The position numbers and the translations under genes are program-made. A DNA stretch of 64,000 nucleotides from positions 992,001 through 1,056,000 of the forward strand of contig NC_043002.1 in the NCBI RefSeq assembly GCF_006345805.1, written 5' to 3'. Under the pieces are notes generated by a model. The model did no database searches and was not told where the DNA came from. It was given only the letters and a program-made list of their open reading frames with translations. The stretch is from Octopus sinensis. Lineage: Eukaryota. This document shows, in pieces, positions 13,301 through 24,608 of this stretch; the stretch's first letter is position 1; each line of letters starts with the position of its first letter.

Positions 13301-14243
13301 TCTAATAGGAATCAGATGTAATGTGCCCGAGGGAAGGCGGCGGCGGCACTAAGGTCAACGTGTGATGTATATGGCAGAGAGAGTTTGGAAGGAAGCTGAA
13401 GAGAAGCAAGCTTGATGAGGGATGAGGAAGAAGTGGTGACTGCTAGTCTGTATGAAGGAGATGACAGAAGAGAATAAAAAGCGGCAAGACACATGCAAGA
13501 ATGGAAAAGAAAAATAGATGTAAAGATGATGATGATGATATTTAACCCCAAACAGAAGATGAAATGTACTGTAGATAGAAAAGATGTGATATACAATGAA
13601 ACATCATTTTATTCTGTAATAAATGCAGAATGGAAATATATATTCTCCACTTACCATTAACAAGATACTTTGACTATTAGAAATTTAAGTGGCAAGATAA
13701 AAATTGTCAGGAAATGGCACTTGAAAGTGGAATAGAAGTGACTGTGGTATTCTATGTGAATGTTTGTGGTGTATATCTATACATTTGTGTGTTTACATTT
13801 GTGATGTGAATATCTCGGTTATTACATGTTTTCAGTATGAAAAAGACATGGAGAGTAATGAAGTTTTGTTGTTGATTCCAGACTGTGTAGACTGGGGTGG
13901 TTTCAGCAATGTTGTATGGAAGGGGCTGTTAGTTATGTAAACTATTTAACTGTGAGGGTGGGGATGCCGAAACCATAGTAACCAGAGCTTTTAACTCCTG
14001 GTCATTTGTATCATCACTAAGTGCAATGATGTTGATATATGAGGGGGTACCCTAAAATAATCAGAAGCGTTTTCTGTGGGGCAAGCCAGTTGTAGTTCAG
14101 ACATCCACCACTAGAGGCCACTTGATGCAGCCCTCAGGCATCAGTATGCCAACCTGCATTGTCAGGTGAAGTCATACTGCCATTTTGTGTGTCTTCGTTT
14201 TGCAGTGCCCCCCCCCCCCCACCTTCGTTTGTTGATTTTTGCA

Positions 14244-15313
14244 ATGGCTGAAATGAAGAAACAGCATGCTTCTGTGAAATTCTATTTTTTGATGGGGAAA
14301 ATGGTGGCTGAAACAGTTGTCATGCTTCAAACAGCTTACAAGGATGCTGCCATGAGCAAAGCATGTTTACGAGTGGTTTTCACGATTTAGGAATGGTCAT
14401 TGGCGCTTGATGACCAACCTTGTTCAGGGCAACTGTCAACCTCCCAAATGAATGAAAACATTATGGAAATTCATGAACTGATCTTGGAGGACCGTTGCCA
14501 AACAGTTGAGAAACTTGTTGATATGACTGGTGTGTCCAGGAACTCCTGCCAACGAATTTTGGGCGAGGAATTGCGAATGAAAAGAGTTGCAGCGAAATTT
14601 GTGACTCTTTTGCTCACAGAAGATCAAAAGCTGTCATGACTGAATGCATGTTGTGAACTGGAAGAAGAGTTAGAAGATGATCTGTACCCTTTCTTTGAAG
14701 GTCATCACTGGTGACGAAAGCTGGCGCTGTGGCTGTGACCCAGAAACAAAGCAGCAACCAAGTCAGTGGAAGCATTCAATGTCACCATGCTCCAAAAACG
14801 CATGTCAAGTGAAATCCAATGTCAAGACAATGCGGATTTATTTCATTGATGCAAAAGGAATTCATCATCATCATCATCATCATTTAGCGTCCGCTTTCCA
14901 TGCTAGCATGGGTTGGACGGTTGTCCACACAAAATTTGTTCCTCCTGGTCAAACTGTTCACCAGACATTTTACTTGGCAATTCTGAAGTGTTTGAAGGAC
15001 ACAATGCACTAGTGCACCCTGCCCTGAGTGTGAGACAGTTTTTGACCAAAAATGGTATCACCCTGCTTTCCCACTCACCCTATTCACATGATCTTGCTCC
15101 ATGCGACTTATTTTTGTTTCTCCAAATAAAAAAAAGTCTTTAAAGGAAAACGTTTTGCAGATGTGTAAGAGGTGAAGAACAAAACGATGGAGGCATTAAA
15201 AAGCCTCACTTCACAAGAGTTCCAGGACCGTTTCAAATAGTGGAAAATGTGTCTGGACTGATCCATTGCTTGAAATGGAGAATACTTTGAAGGTAATAAA
15301 AATGTAAACATGT
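14244..15313 (+). pseudogene. Mariner transposase pseudogene (frameshifts, stops, second catalytic Asp region deleted, 60-nt insertion)
   Basis: The protein is split across ORFs 14166-14390, 14400-14639, 14677-15012 and 14913-15143. The HDNA motif is missing between ...KDTMH and ...LVHPALSV. Confidence 0.88.
14863..14922 (-). mobile_element. 5'-truncated SINE/RTE 3' tail inserted in the mariner ORF
   Basis: (CAT)7 TTAGCGTCCGCTTTCCATGCTAGCATGGGTTGGACGGTT is nearly identical to the tails at about 34935-34980 and 35930-35982. Confidence 0.92.
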
Positions 15314-15730
15314 AAAACTTACTGAATAAAGTAATATTGCAAAATTCTGGTTTCTTTTGGTTACCCACTTGTAATTGTCTACTAATTTCTGATTGATTAT
15401 TTAGATGAACTAATTTGGTCACCGAGTAAATCTGTGGTTGCAAGTTCACATTGCCGGCATGCCACAAATGGAGTTTAGTCTTTATGTGGATATTTACTCT
15501 ACATATAAGTATAAAAATGATTTATGATTTTCTCTTTTGGAATAATCCTTCAATAAGCTTTAAAAGATGTCCTAAAAAACTTTCTCGTGAATTACTGATA
15601 GCATTTTAAAATCGTATTCTTCTGATAGCTTTTGTGGGGTTAGTTTAATTCAAACCTAAGTGCTTATTTTCTATTTCTTGATAGATCAATCAGATGGATA
15701 TTGAAATGGAAAAGATAAGGGCACATGCAC

Positions 15731-15765
<35 letters not shown>

Positions 15766-18005
15766 TATGTGCACACACATACAGACAGACAGAGAAAATT
15801 ATTATTGGAGAACTTATTGAATTCACTGATTTCTAAGCCTCCAGAATGTTTTATTAATAGCTTGGCATTCTAAAAACCTAAGCTTATTATCCTATCATTT
15901 TCTCCATTCCTGTAACCACCACAAATAATGTCTCTTTCTCTGTATTTCTATTGTTTAAGTCACTTGTTTCGGAAAAGCTACCTTCAATGAAAGTCTATTC
16001 TCCAAAACACAAAAGCTAATCATTTTTTAACACAATAGCAGCTTTGCACACACAATATACGTGTTTCACACACAAACACAGTCTCTCTCTCTCTCTCTCT
16101 CACGCTATGGAAGTTGCTTAAAATAAATTATAAATTATTGAAGCAGGTTATACATTTCTGCTATAAATCACTTTATTGATTACATTTTGTAATAATGAAA
16201 TTATTATTTTATATCTGCATCCTAAAGACTGTTCTGCTTCATCAACTTCTACCTTGCCATCTCAGACCTTTGCATAAATCTACTCCAATCACAATCCAAG
16301 ATATGCAACCATTCCTTATCCTCGGTCATGTTACACACACACACACACACACACTCTCTCTTTAAATGAAGAGTGGCACTTTTTCCAAATATATATAAAA
16401 AAAAATATTTATATAAAAATATATAAAAAATATATATATAAAAAATATATATATAAAAAAATGTCATCTTATAACCTGACTATTAAAAAAATAACAGTTT
16501 TTCAGTTTTATGGATCCGGTATTTTATTGTATGTTTGAAATTCTGTAAAACAATCTCTGTTCTTCTTTCACCACTCATTCCTCTGATTCCAATGTGAAAT
16601 ACAGATCTGATGTAGCTTTGCTTTCTCGTCTTTGCACAGTCTGTGTTGGTTTGAATCAAATTCTGTTTAATCAATAGATATGTGGCATCTATAGAGCAAG
16701 CAGAGTTTATGGAGAAAGATAAATATCTTTGTGTTCATACTCACCAACACACACACAGATCTTTTGATGTGTACAACAATATTATTTACCACACCAACAC
16801 AATTTCCCTGTGTGCTCGCATTGCATGTGTGTTACGAAAGCTTCTTTATAAAAACTCTACTTATTTATTGTCTGCTTAGTGAGAATACGGTTTGCTTTTC
16901 AAATCAAAATAACTTTCATAGCCTTCCTATGATACTCACCCCTAATTATCCAGTGGTGTTTACTATTTAGAATATCATAGTGTATTTCCTTTCAAAAGCC
17001 CATGTGTAATACTCCCCCACCCTGTAGACACATATTGCTGATGATGTTTTCACATTGATATGCATGGCAAAATAAATTTATATCATGCAGTGAGCGTGCT
17101 AAGCAGTGACAAGTAAAAATACAATGTTAACACCAGTTCTAATATGCTAAAACCATGTTTGGATTTGTAAGCAAGCCACTCACCATGTTTTGCCATGGAG
17201 AAAATTTCTTGCTGTAGATATTGTGGTGTTAATACACCCAAATCAGCTTGCAGTGCCACCTATGCAGACTGTGAGATGCTGGTCTTTCAGAGTAGTTATC
17301 TCCTCTTCGGTCACAGAAATCTGAACTGATCAGAGAGAGACAATCTCTTATGTTTTTCCAGTCAACATATGTCTGCCGGAAGTGCAAATTGATGGCTGAT
17401 TGTAATTAAATTACAGGGTGAGTGTGTTAAGCAATGATGAGAAAAATGCAATGTTAATACCAGTTCTAATATGCTAAAAGCATGTTTGGAATTGTAAACA
17501 AGCCACTCACCATGTTTTGTCATGGAGAAAATTTCTCAGTGGAAAACACGACAAGACATGGTGAATGGTTTGTTTACAAGTCCAAATCTGCTTTTTGCAT
17601 ATTCAAACTGGTCTTGACATTGTAAATTTATGTAATACACTGTATAACCTTGAGTATGAACTCTGGTGCGAACAGTTGCTATTGAGTGTGGTCTTAGTGT
17701 ATGATGCATCTGTTTTAGCTGTGAAGGTGTTTGCAGTGTTACTTCTGTGAATAACTGTTATCAGAACGAGAGTGGCATCACTTTGCTTTTTATAGATTTT
17801 TGGATTTTTAAGGGTTTCTAAACAATGGAATGCAAAGTCAATTATCCTTCTTGTGCATTTTAATCATCAAATAAGACATGGACATCAACATCAACAACCA
17901 CTACAAACCAACAGTCTCTGAACAATACTTACTATTTACACATATAAAAACAGAACGATGGTAATGAAAGCAAATGAAGAAAATATGAATGTATGTATAT
18001 ATATA

Positions 18006-18051
<46 letters not shown>

Positions 18052-18292
18052 CAAAGTGACTAAAAATTAAAAAAAACAAAAGATAGTTAAACTATTAAAA
18101 GTAGAAGGAATCCAGAATAATGTCCATCGTAAGGTGCAAGCAGGAATTGAAATCCACGGTCGTTTCGAGAGCCACTGCCACAATCCATTAACACATTAAA
18201 ACAACAAACTGGCAATGGCCCCTTCGTCAGGAATAAAATATCTTCATCAAAGAAGTTTCTCTCTCCTCTCTCTCCTCTCTCCTCTCTCTCTT

Positions 18293-18323
<31 letters not shown>

Positions 18324-20025
18324 TTCCATGTACAATTTCTTCAAGCCCTTTGCACCACTTGTCATTGCTCTATCACTGACCTTTCCATCACCCACCTAAC
18401 TATAGCATTTCTTCTGCTTTAATGAAATGTAAGCAGAACTGCATGTTTCATCAGCAGTTTCACTGCTATTGCTCCTCTTTCTCACTATCCGGAACCATTT
18501 GGCTTGATATCCTTTCTTCATTCTTTATTTTGTTCCTCTCCTTCCACTTTTTACGTTGATCATCCTGTGAATTTCCCTGTCTAGAACTTTCATATATACT
18601 GACCTTTCATACATACCAACCTGAAACCTTGTCACCACTATTTTATCTCACTTTTCAAGTCCACCCCACTTACTACCACCATCTCTTCTCTATTGCAAAA
18701 GTAGCCTGTAGCTGTTCTACAGCAGGAAAAAAATCTCTTCTGTTCTGACCCCTTCTGCATTACTTTAACTTCTTATCTTTTAGCATAAAGCCAACCCCCA
18801 TTCAACTGAAGCCAAACACTGTCAAGGGTGGGGGACCCTGACTTGTGAGCTAAATGGTAACCTCACTAGGGCTGCTAGCACAAACAAAAAGAAAAAGGCA
18901 CCCAGAATATATGGTAAAGTGGCTGGCATTAGGAAAGTCATCCAGCCATAGAAAACCATGTGAAAGAAGACACTGGGGCATGATGCAGTCTTTAGACTTG
19001 TTGGATTCTGCCAAATTGTCTAATCTGTGCCCTATAAAAACATGATGTGCGAGCGCACACACACACACACACACAAGTGTATATCTATCCATCTATATGT
19101 ATATGCACGTATAAATATCCCGGAATACCTTAAATGAAAAGATTTTCTTTGTATTTTATGAAATTCTAAATACCAAATTAAAGTCCGTTAAATGAAAATA
19201 ATACTCAATTATGTTGGGTTGTTTGAACGCTGCCTTAATTCTTTTCTATGTTTTCTCTTTGCTGATATATTCCTCGAGTTACTTTCAATGGAGTAAGTTT
19301 GTTATATTTGCACTAATAATGAAATAGCTAACTAAAACAATAAATAAATCGTTGTTTGCTGTTTGATTCACATATCTAAATGTAAGCCAGGGTTGAGAAG
19401 TGTGGGAAAATGCAGAAAATAGGCAGAATGGGAAAGGAAACGAGGAAAGAGCGTATAGGAAAAAATGTTCCCTGGAAAAAAGATGTTTAAGTTGATGGGA
19501 TTCCCTCCAAGTATGAAATTTCCATGGTGCTTTCCGTTTTGCTTCTTTCTTTTTTCCCCATTCACATTGAAAAAGTTGATATATTTATGTTATTGCTATC
19601 ATTTTTAGCTGTTTCTAAATAAAAAGAAAAAAACAGGAAAACCGAAATTTAAGCATCACCATTGCTGCCATCCTCCTTCTCTTCCTTCCCCATCATTATT
19701 TCTTTATTCCATCCATTGTTCTATTATTTTGTAATATCAGCTTCCATTTTCATAATTTCATCATCCAGAAAATAGATCAAAATGCCTTTTATTGTTTTTT
19801 AAAATATTTTCATATTTTCTCAAATAACTTAAGTGAATTTCAATCTTTAATATTTACCACCCGTGTAAAAGGTAAAAGAAAAAAAACAAACAAAAGGTAA
19901 AAGAAAAAAATAAACAATCCAACAATTTTTGGAATTCTTTTAACTTTTTATTTATTCATTTTTTTCCTTGAAAATACAATAATCATGCTATAGCTGAAAT
20001 TTAATATGGAAATATAGGTTTTACA

Positions 20026-20222
<197 letters not shown>

Positions 20223-21064
20223 TTCACTAGGGATATCAGTTCTTTGATGTTGGGTGTCAGTCATAAAAATATTTCTACTTCATTCAATGCTAACATTGGG
20301 TGTCGTTTTAAACTATTTTAAAGTTGGATGGAATTGAATTTGGAATTGATGTACTTCAATTCTTCAAAAATCTTGGAGCTATATTCTGGCTTACATTTTG
20401 CTAAGTAGTTCCAAGTGTTCTGCTATTTATTTCTAAAAGACTGCACTATTGTAGATGACTTTGACAAATTGGTCATGAATTTTGTATATTCTAGATATTT
20501 ATTTCTTTTAATGGTTGTTATCATTCTTGCCTGTGGTTAAGAATTGTTTCTTAAACCTTTTATATTTTCTTGAAATACTCTTCTTTGTTGGAATTGATTT
20601 CCAAAATAATGATGACTAGGGTGAAATAACTTTGTCTTTATTAAAACTGATGTTTGAAACAAATTAATATAAAATGTTCATGCTAATTGCTAATTTACAT
20701 CACTTTACAATAGGAAGTGTTTACCAAAGAAGAAGGGCAGTATCAAGTTGGTTGATAACAAAAGGGGGAATAAGAGGAACTTATCAATTAATTCATTTTG
20801 TAATCCGTTAATTTTAGTTTTAAATAAAGTTTACATTGGAGGAAATTGAAAAAAAAAATTAGTCACAGTTTTCGTTAGAATGTTTTTATTAGGAGGAGAA
20901 GCTCTGTATGTTTTACTGTTTGGGGATATATTAGGGTGTGCTGATTGTGTGTGTTACACAGATTTAAATACATAAGCATAAATATTTGCATGAACATATA
21001 TAAATAAATATACATACGCATAAATATAGGCTTGTAATGAGATGTGTGTGTGTAACTCATCAGG

Positions 21065-21470
21065 ATTGTTTTAACATCTGAATTTCCATGCTTGCATAGG
21101 TTGGATGTAATTCACTGATCCAGATTATCTGTGGCCAGACACCCTTCCTATCACTAATTCTCAATTGTTTCCCATGCCTGGATATGTTTTCACACAACAC
21201 TGGAAACGACCAGCACCAGTTGTCTGACTGCTGTGCTGCTTGTTTACAACAATCCCTCAATGTGAAAAGGGAGGCACAAGCACACTCACACACACATACA
21301 TGCCTGCCTGCTTGCTAGTTCTTATTTCAGCTTTCACCTAGCAAACCCATTCACAAAGCCTTGGTTGGCCAAGAGTGTTACTTGAAAAAAAACTTGTCCA
21401 AGGTGTCATGCAGTGGAACTGCTGAAACTATACAGTTAGGAGTTAGACTTTTTAACTGCACACCAACCCC
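21065..21470 (-). mobile_element. tRNA-derived SINE, family B, near full length, degenerate
   Basis: Tail TTTCCATGCTTGCATAGGTTGGATG, central (CA)n, and head block CCATTCACAAAGCCTTGGTTGGCC...CCAAGGTGTCATGCAGTGGAACTG. Confidence 0.7.
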
Positions 21471-22049
21471 TGGCCAGCCATGTGTGGTGCCTCAAAGAGG
21501 AAGAGACCCCGTATGGTATCAAGTGGAGGACCACAGGAAGAGACCCCGTATGGTATCAAGTGGAGGACCACAGAGTGGCCGGGATTCTACATTAACAGGA
21601 GCAGATGCTGCAAGCTTTGCATAGCTGAATGAGTAAGGATCCCCAAAGACTCCCTGAAACTAGGATTATGGAATTCTTACCAGGAGAGTTACAGTCCCTG
21701 TATCCATTTCAAATGCTACTTTCTACAAGCATGGGGTTTCCTATTCTCTGATTAGATCCAGAAAGGTCCTTACAAACTAAAAGCAGCCTAAGGGCGATAT
21801 TTCCTGTTCCCCCTCTTTTGGTCCAGATAAACTGGTCTAAGGGTGATAACTTGTCCTCACCCAGATTGTTTATTCTTTGGTTACCGACCAACTGACTGAT
21901 TGTTATGGATTCCTGCCACCCAGAGTTACAGTATTATATTTGTCTTTGGCTTTAGAGTTTGACAAGCGTCCAAGGGGATCGGCCGTTTATGGATGGGAAG
22001 CCACTGGTCACTCTATGACTGCATATATATATGTATATACACACAGCTG

Positions 22050-22400
22050 TAGCCTCCACCAGTGTCACATAACGAGCCCACTGAAAAAAGTAGCTTTGGA
22101 TCGTAGGGCGACATGCCATGCTTGAGGAAACCTATTGAGTCAAGTAAAGTCAAAATCAAATCCAACCACAATCAAATGGAAATTGTAGTTGTGGCTGCAC
22201 CACCTGACTGGTTCCCCATGATGGTGGCACGTAAAAAGCACCCAATACACTCTCGGAGTGGTTGGCATTAGGAAGGGCATCCAGCTGTAGAAACACTGCC
22301 AGATCAGATAGGAGCCAGGTGCAGCCTCCTGGCTTCCCAGACCCCAGTCGAACTGTCCAACCCATGCTAGCATGGAAAACGGACATTAAACAATGATGAT
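22050..22400 (+). mobile_element. SINE/RTE-tail repeat (family B 3' half)
   Basis: GGCACGTAAAAAGCACCC...GTTGGCATTAGGAAGGGCATCCAGCTGTAGAAAC...CCATGCTAGCATGGAAAACGGACATTAAAC followed by (GAT)n. Confidence 0.85.
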
Positions 22401-22459
22401 ACACATATGTATGCATGTGTGTATACACAGACACACATATATATATATATATATATGGC

Positions 22460-22752
22460 CACTTCTGTTGGATCGTCGACCTCTCCCCGCTGAGATGTCC
22501 TTGTCTTGCAAGCTACTTAGCAACCTTGCTGGTGCCATGTAAAAAGCACCCAAGCTGACACCATACAAAAAGCACCTAGTACACTCTGTAAAGTGGTTGG
22601 CATTAGGAAGGGCATTCAGCCATAGAAACCATTCCAAAATAGATGACTGGAGCCTGGTGCAGCCCTCTGGCTTTCCAGCTTCCTGTTGAAACCACCCAAC
22701 TCATGCCAGCATGGAAAATAGGCATTCAAGGAGGATGATGATGATGATGATA
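22460..22752 (+). mobile_element. SINE/RTE-tail repeat, second adjacent copy
   Basis: GTTGGCATTAGGAAGGGCATTCAGCC...CATGCCAGCATGGAAAA followed by (GAT)n. Confidence 0.8.
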
Positions 22753-23089
22753 CATGCATTGTTCCCTCTCTCTGTATCTCTTTACCATGTTTGTGTCTCT
22801 TTGAGAGGGGTGGGGGAGTGTGTGACCTGTTAAGCTTTACTTAACATAATCCTTTTGACCACCTCTATTGATTCCATGTGATTGGAACCAAACCATTATT
22901 TTAGAGTGGCAGTGAGTGCTTTGTAGGAATTATGTTGTAAAATGAAAAAGTCCTGGTTTGGCAATAAAGACCATTCCTTGTGCCATGATGTTATTTTGCC
23001 GTTATTTTGAAGATTGTCTGGAGACTGAGGAGGAAAAATATTGTAATCTTACTGACAGCGATATTCAAAGAAGTATTGCTATTATTATT

Positions 23090-24420
23090 TATATCTCTAT
23101 TGCAGGAGTTGTAAATATTATGCTCGTGTCTGGTGTCAGCACAGAAGCAGGGGCACCTGCTGAACGATCTCAGGTCACTAAATAAAGATGTAGTAACCTT
23201 CAGCAAGGGCAGAATTTCAGAGATACTCATTATGTCTTCTATGAGTTCTACACATCTTTCAGCCAGATTGAGCGGTGTGGCAGTACTGTTGCAGAAAGGC
23301 AAGGATCTAGAGATAAACACGACCTCTCTTGATTTGGCTACTGAGTTCACAGTGAGTCCAAGACATCAGTTGTAGTGGGGGCAGTAGTGCAATCAATGAG
23401 TGGTGTTTAGTCCCTGACAGACAGGATTTCTTCAGCCATTTAGAGACACCCCCAGAAGCATGTGTTCTTTTACTTATGTAGAGGGGTTAGGTTTCTGTGG
23501 TCAGGAAGTTCTTCTGTTACCAATGGCCATTACAAAGGGTTTACACGATGTTCAAACACACTGAAGCCAGCACATCTGTGCAGTTTCCTTGATAATGGTG
23601 ACTAGCTATGGCCACTATCCATGTAACAGGTTTCCATGATGTTGCATTAAGCACAAGCCAAACTTGGGGCCTTTGGTATTTGGAATGTTGTTAGGCCCTT
23701 ACTGCTACTCAACCAGCCAGAGCTTGTGGTCAATCACTTCTGGTATTCTTAGGGAGTTAGTGGAAGATATGAGCAATGATGGTCTGACAATGATTCTGGA
23801 TGTCAAAAAGGGCTGTTTGCTTAGATTCTTCTGGGGAATTTTCAGGTTGGGTATCTGACAATTTCCACAATTGCTTGGCCAAGCTACAGGATAGATTTGT
23901 CTGCTTGGGATAAACTCTTCAGCCATGGCCAGGAGTGGGGTGCCAGCAACTAATAGCTATGTTGCTGGTGGCTCCAATTCAGCCAACCACCTTCTTTTTG
24001 ACTGGACCATCAAATAGTATATCTTGTGATAATGGTTTTCCTCTCAGGTCAAATACAACTTAAGGAGAATGGTAGGGTAGAGAGGAAGGTGTTACTTTCC
24101 AGTAAATTCCATGAAAGGGGAAAGCGAGGGTGAGATGTGAAACTAGTGTGTATGAAAGGCTTAGCACTAGCTTTTCTGATTGTAGGTTGGCAGCAAGGAC
24201 TGGGGGAAAGTGCTTATCTTTAACATGTTAGGGTAATCCATAGTTTTGTGTCCCTTGAATCACCTGATGTAATTAACCCCCCCCTCACCACCACTCCATT
24301 TTGTTAGTATTTATTGTGATTTATCATTGTGTTTTTAATAGTCTTGTTGCTTTCATATGTCTTTTGCCTTTGTGCTGTCCCCCAACACCTTTGGCCCTTG
24401 TGGCCCTTGAAATCAATCAT
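23090..24420 (+). mobile_element. Degenerate, internally deleted L1/Tx1-like LINE (endonuclease start, ORF2 C-terminus, 3' UTR)
   Basis: Frameshifted peptides GVVN..., KQGHLLNDLRSLNKDVV, GVAVLLQKGKDLEINT and QDFFSHLE resemble an APE N-terminus. KYNLRR..RVERKVLLSSKFHER near 24050-24120 resembles a Tx1-type ORF2 end. Recognised from memory of such elements, not searched. Confidence 0.55.
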
Positions 24421-24608
24421 TAGCTTGCCAGACTAAAATCTTTGTAGCTGTTTTTCTGTTTTTATGTTTTGAGTTCAAATTCCACTAAAGTCAGCTTTGC
24501 TTTTCATCCTTTTGGGGATAATTACCAGTTGAGCACTGGGGTCAATGTAACCAATGAGACCCCTTATTCCAAAATTCCAGCCTTGTGCCTTTAGTAGAAA
24601 GGATTATT
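24420..24608 (+). mobile_element. tRNA-derived SINE, family A, degenerate head
   Basis: GAGTTCAAATTCCACTAAAGTCAGCTTTGCTTTTCATCC...GGGGTCAATGTAACC...CCTTGTGCCTTTAGTAGAAAGGATTAT. Confidence 0.8.

Larger units (their letters stand above)
14040..15371 (+). mobile_element. Mariner (Tc1/mariner superfamily) DNA transposon, full length, non-functional
   Basis: Imperfect TIRs: left TGAGGGGGTACCCTAAAATAATCAGAA; right, reverse-complemented, CAAGTGGGTAACCAAAAGAAACCAGAA. TA flanks both ends (14038-14039 and 15372-15373). The transposase remnant from the ATG at 14244 includes MKRVAAKFV, ITGDESW, FVPPGQTV, HSPYSHDLAPCDLFLF and GEYFEG. Confidence 0.95.

Noticed and set aside
14863-14883. His7 tract as a cloning tag or vector contamination
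   Set aside because: It is the (CAT)n tail of a genomic retroposon seen many times in the window.
17362-17417. Apparent exon with TTTTTCCAG acceptor and GTGAGT donor
   Set aside because: All three frames contain stops and there is no WDR37 similarity; the donor lies at the start of a local repeat unit.
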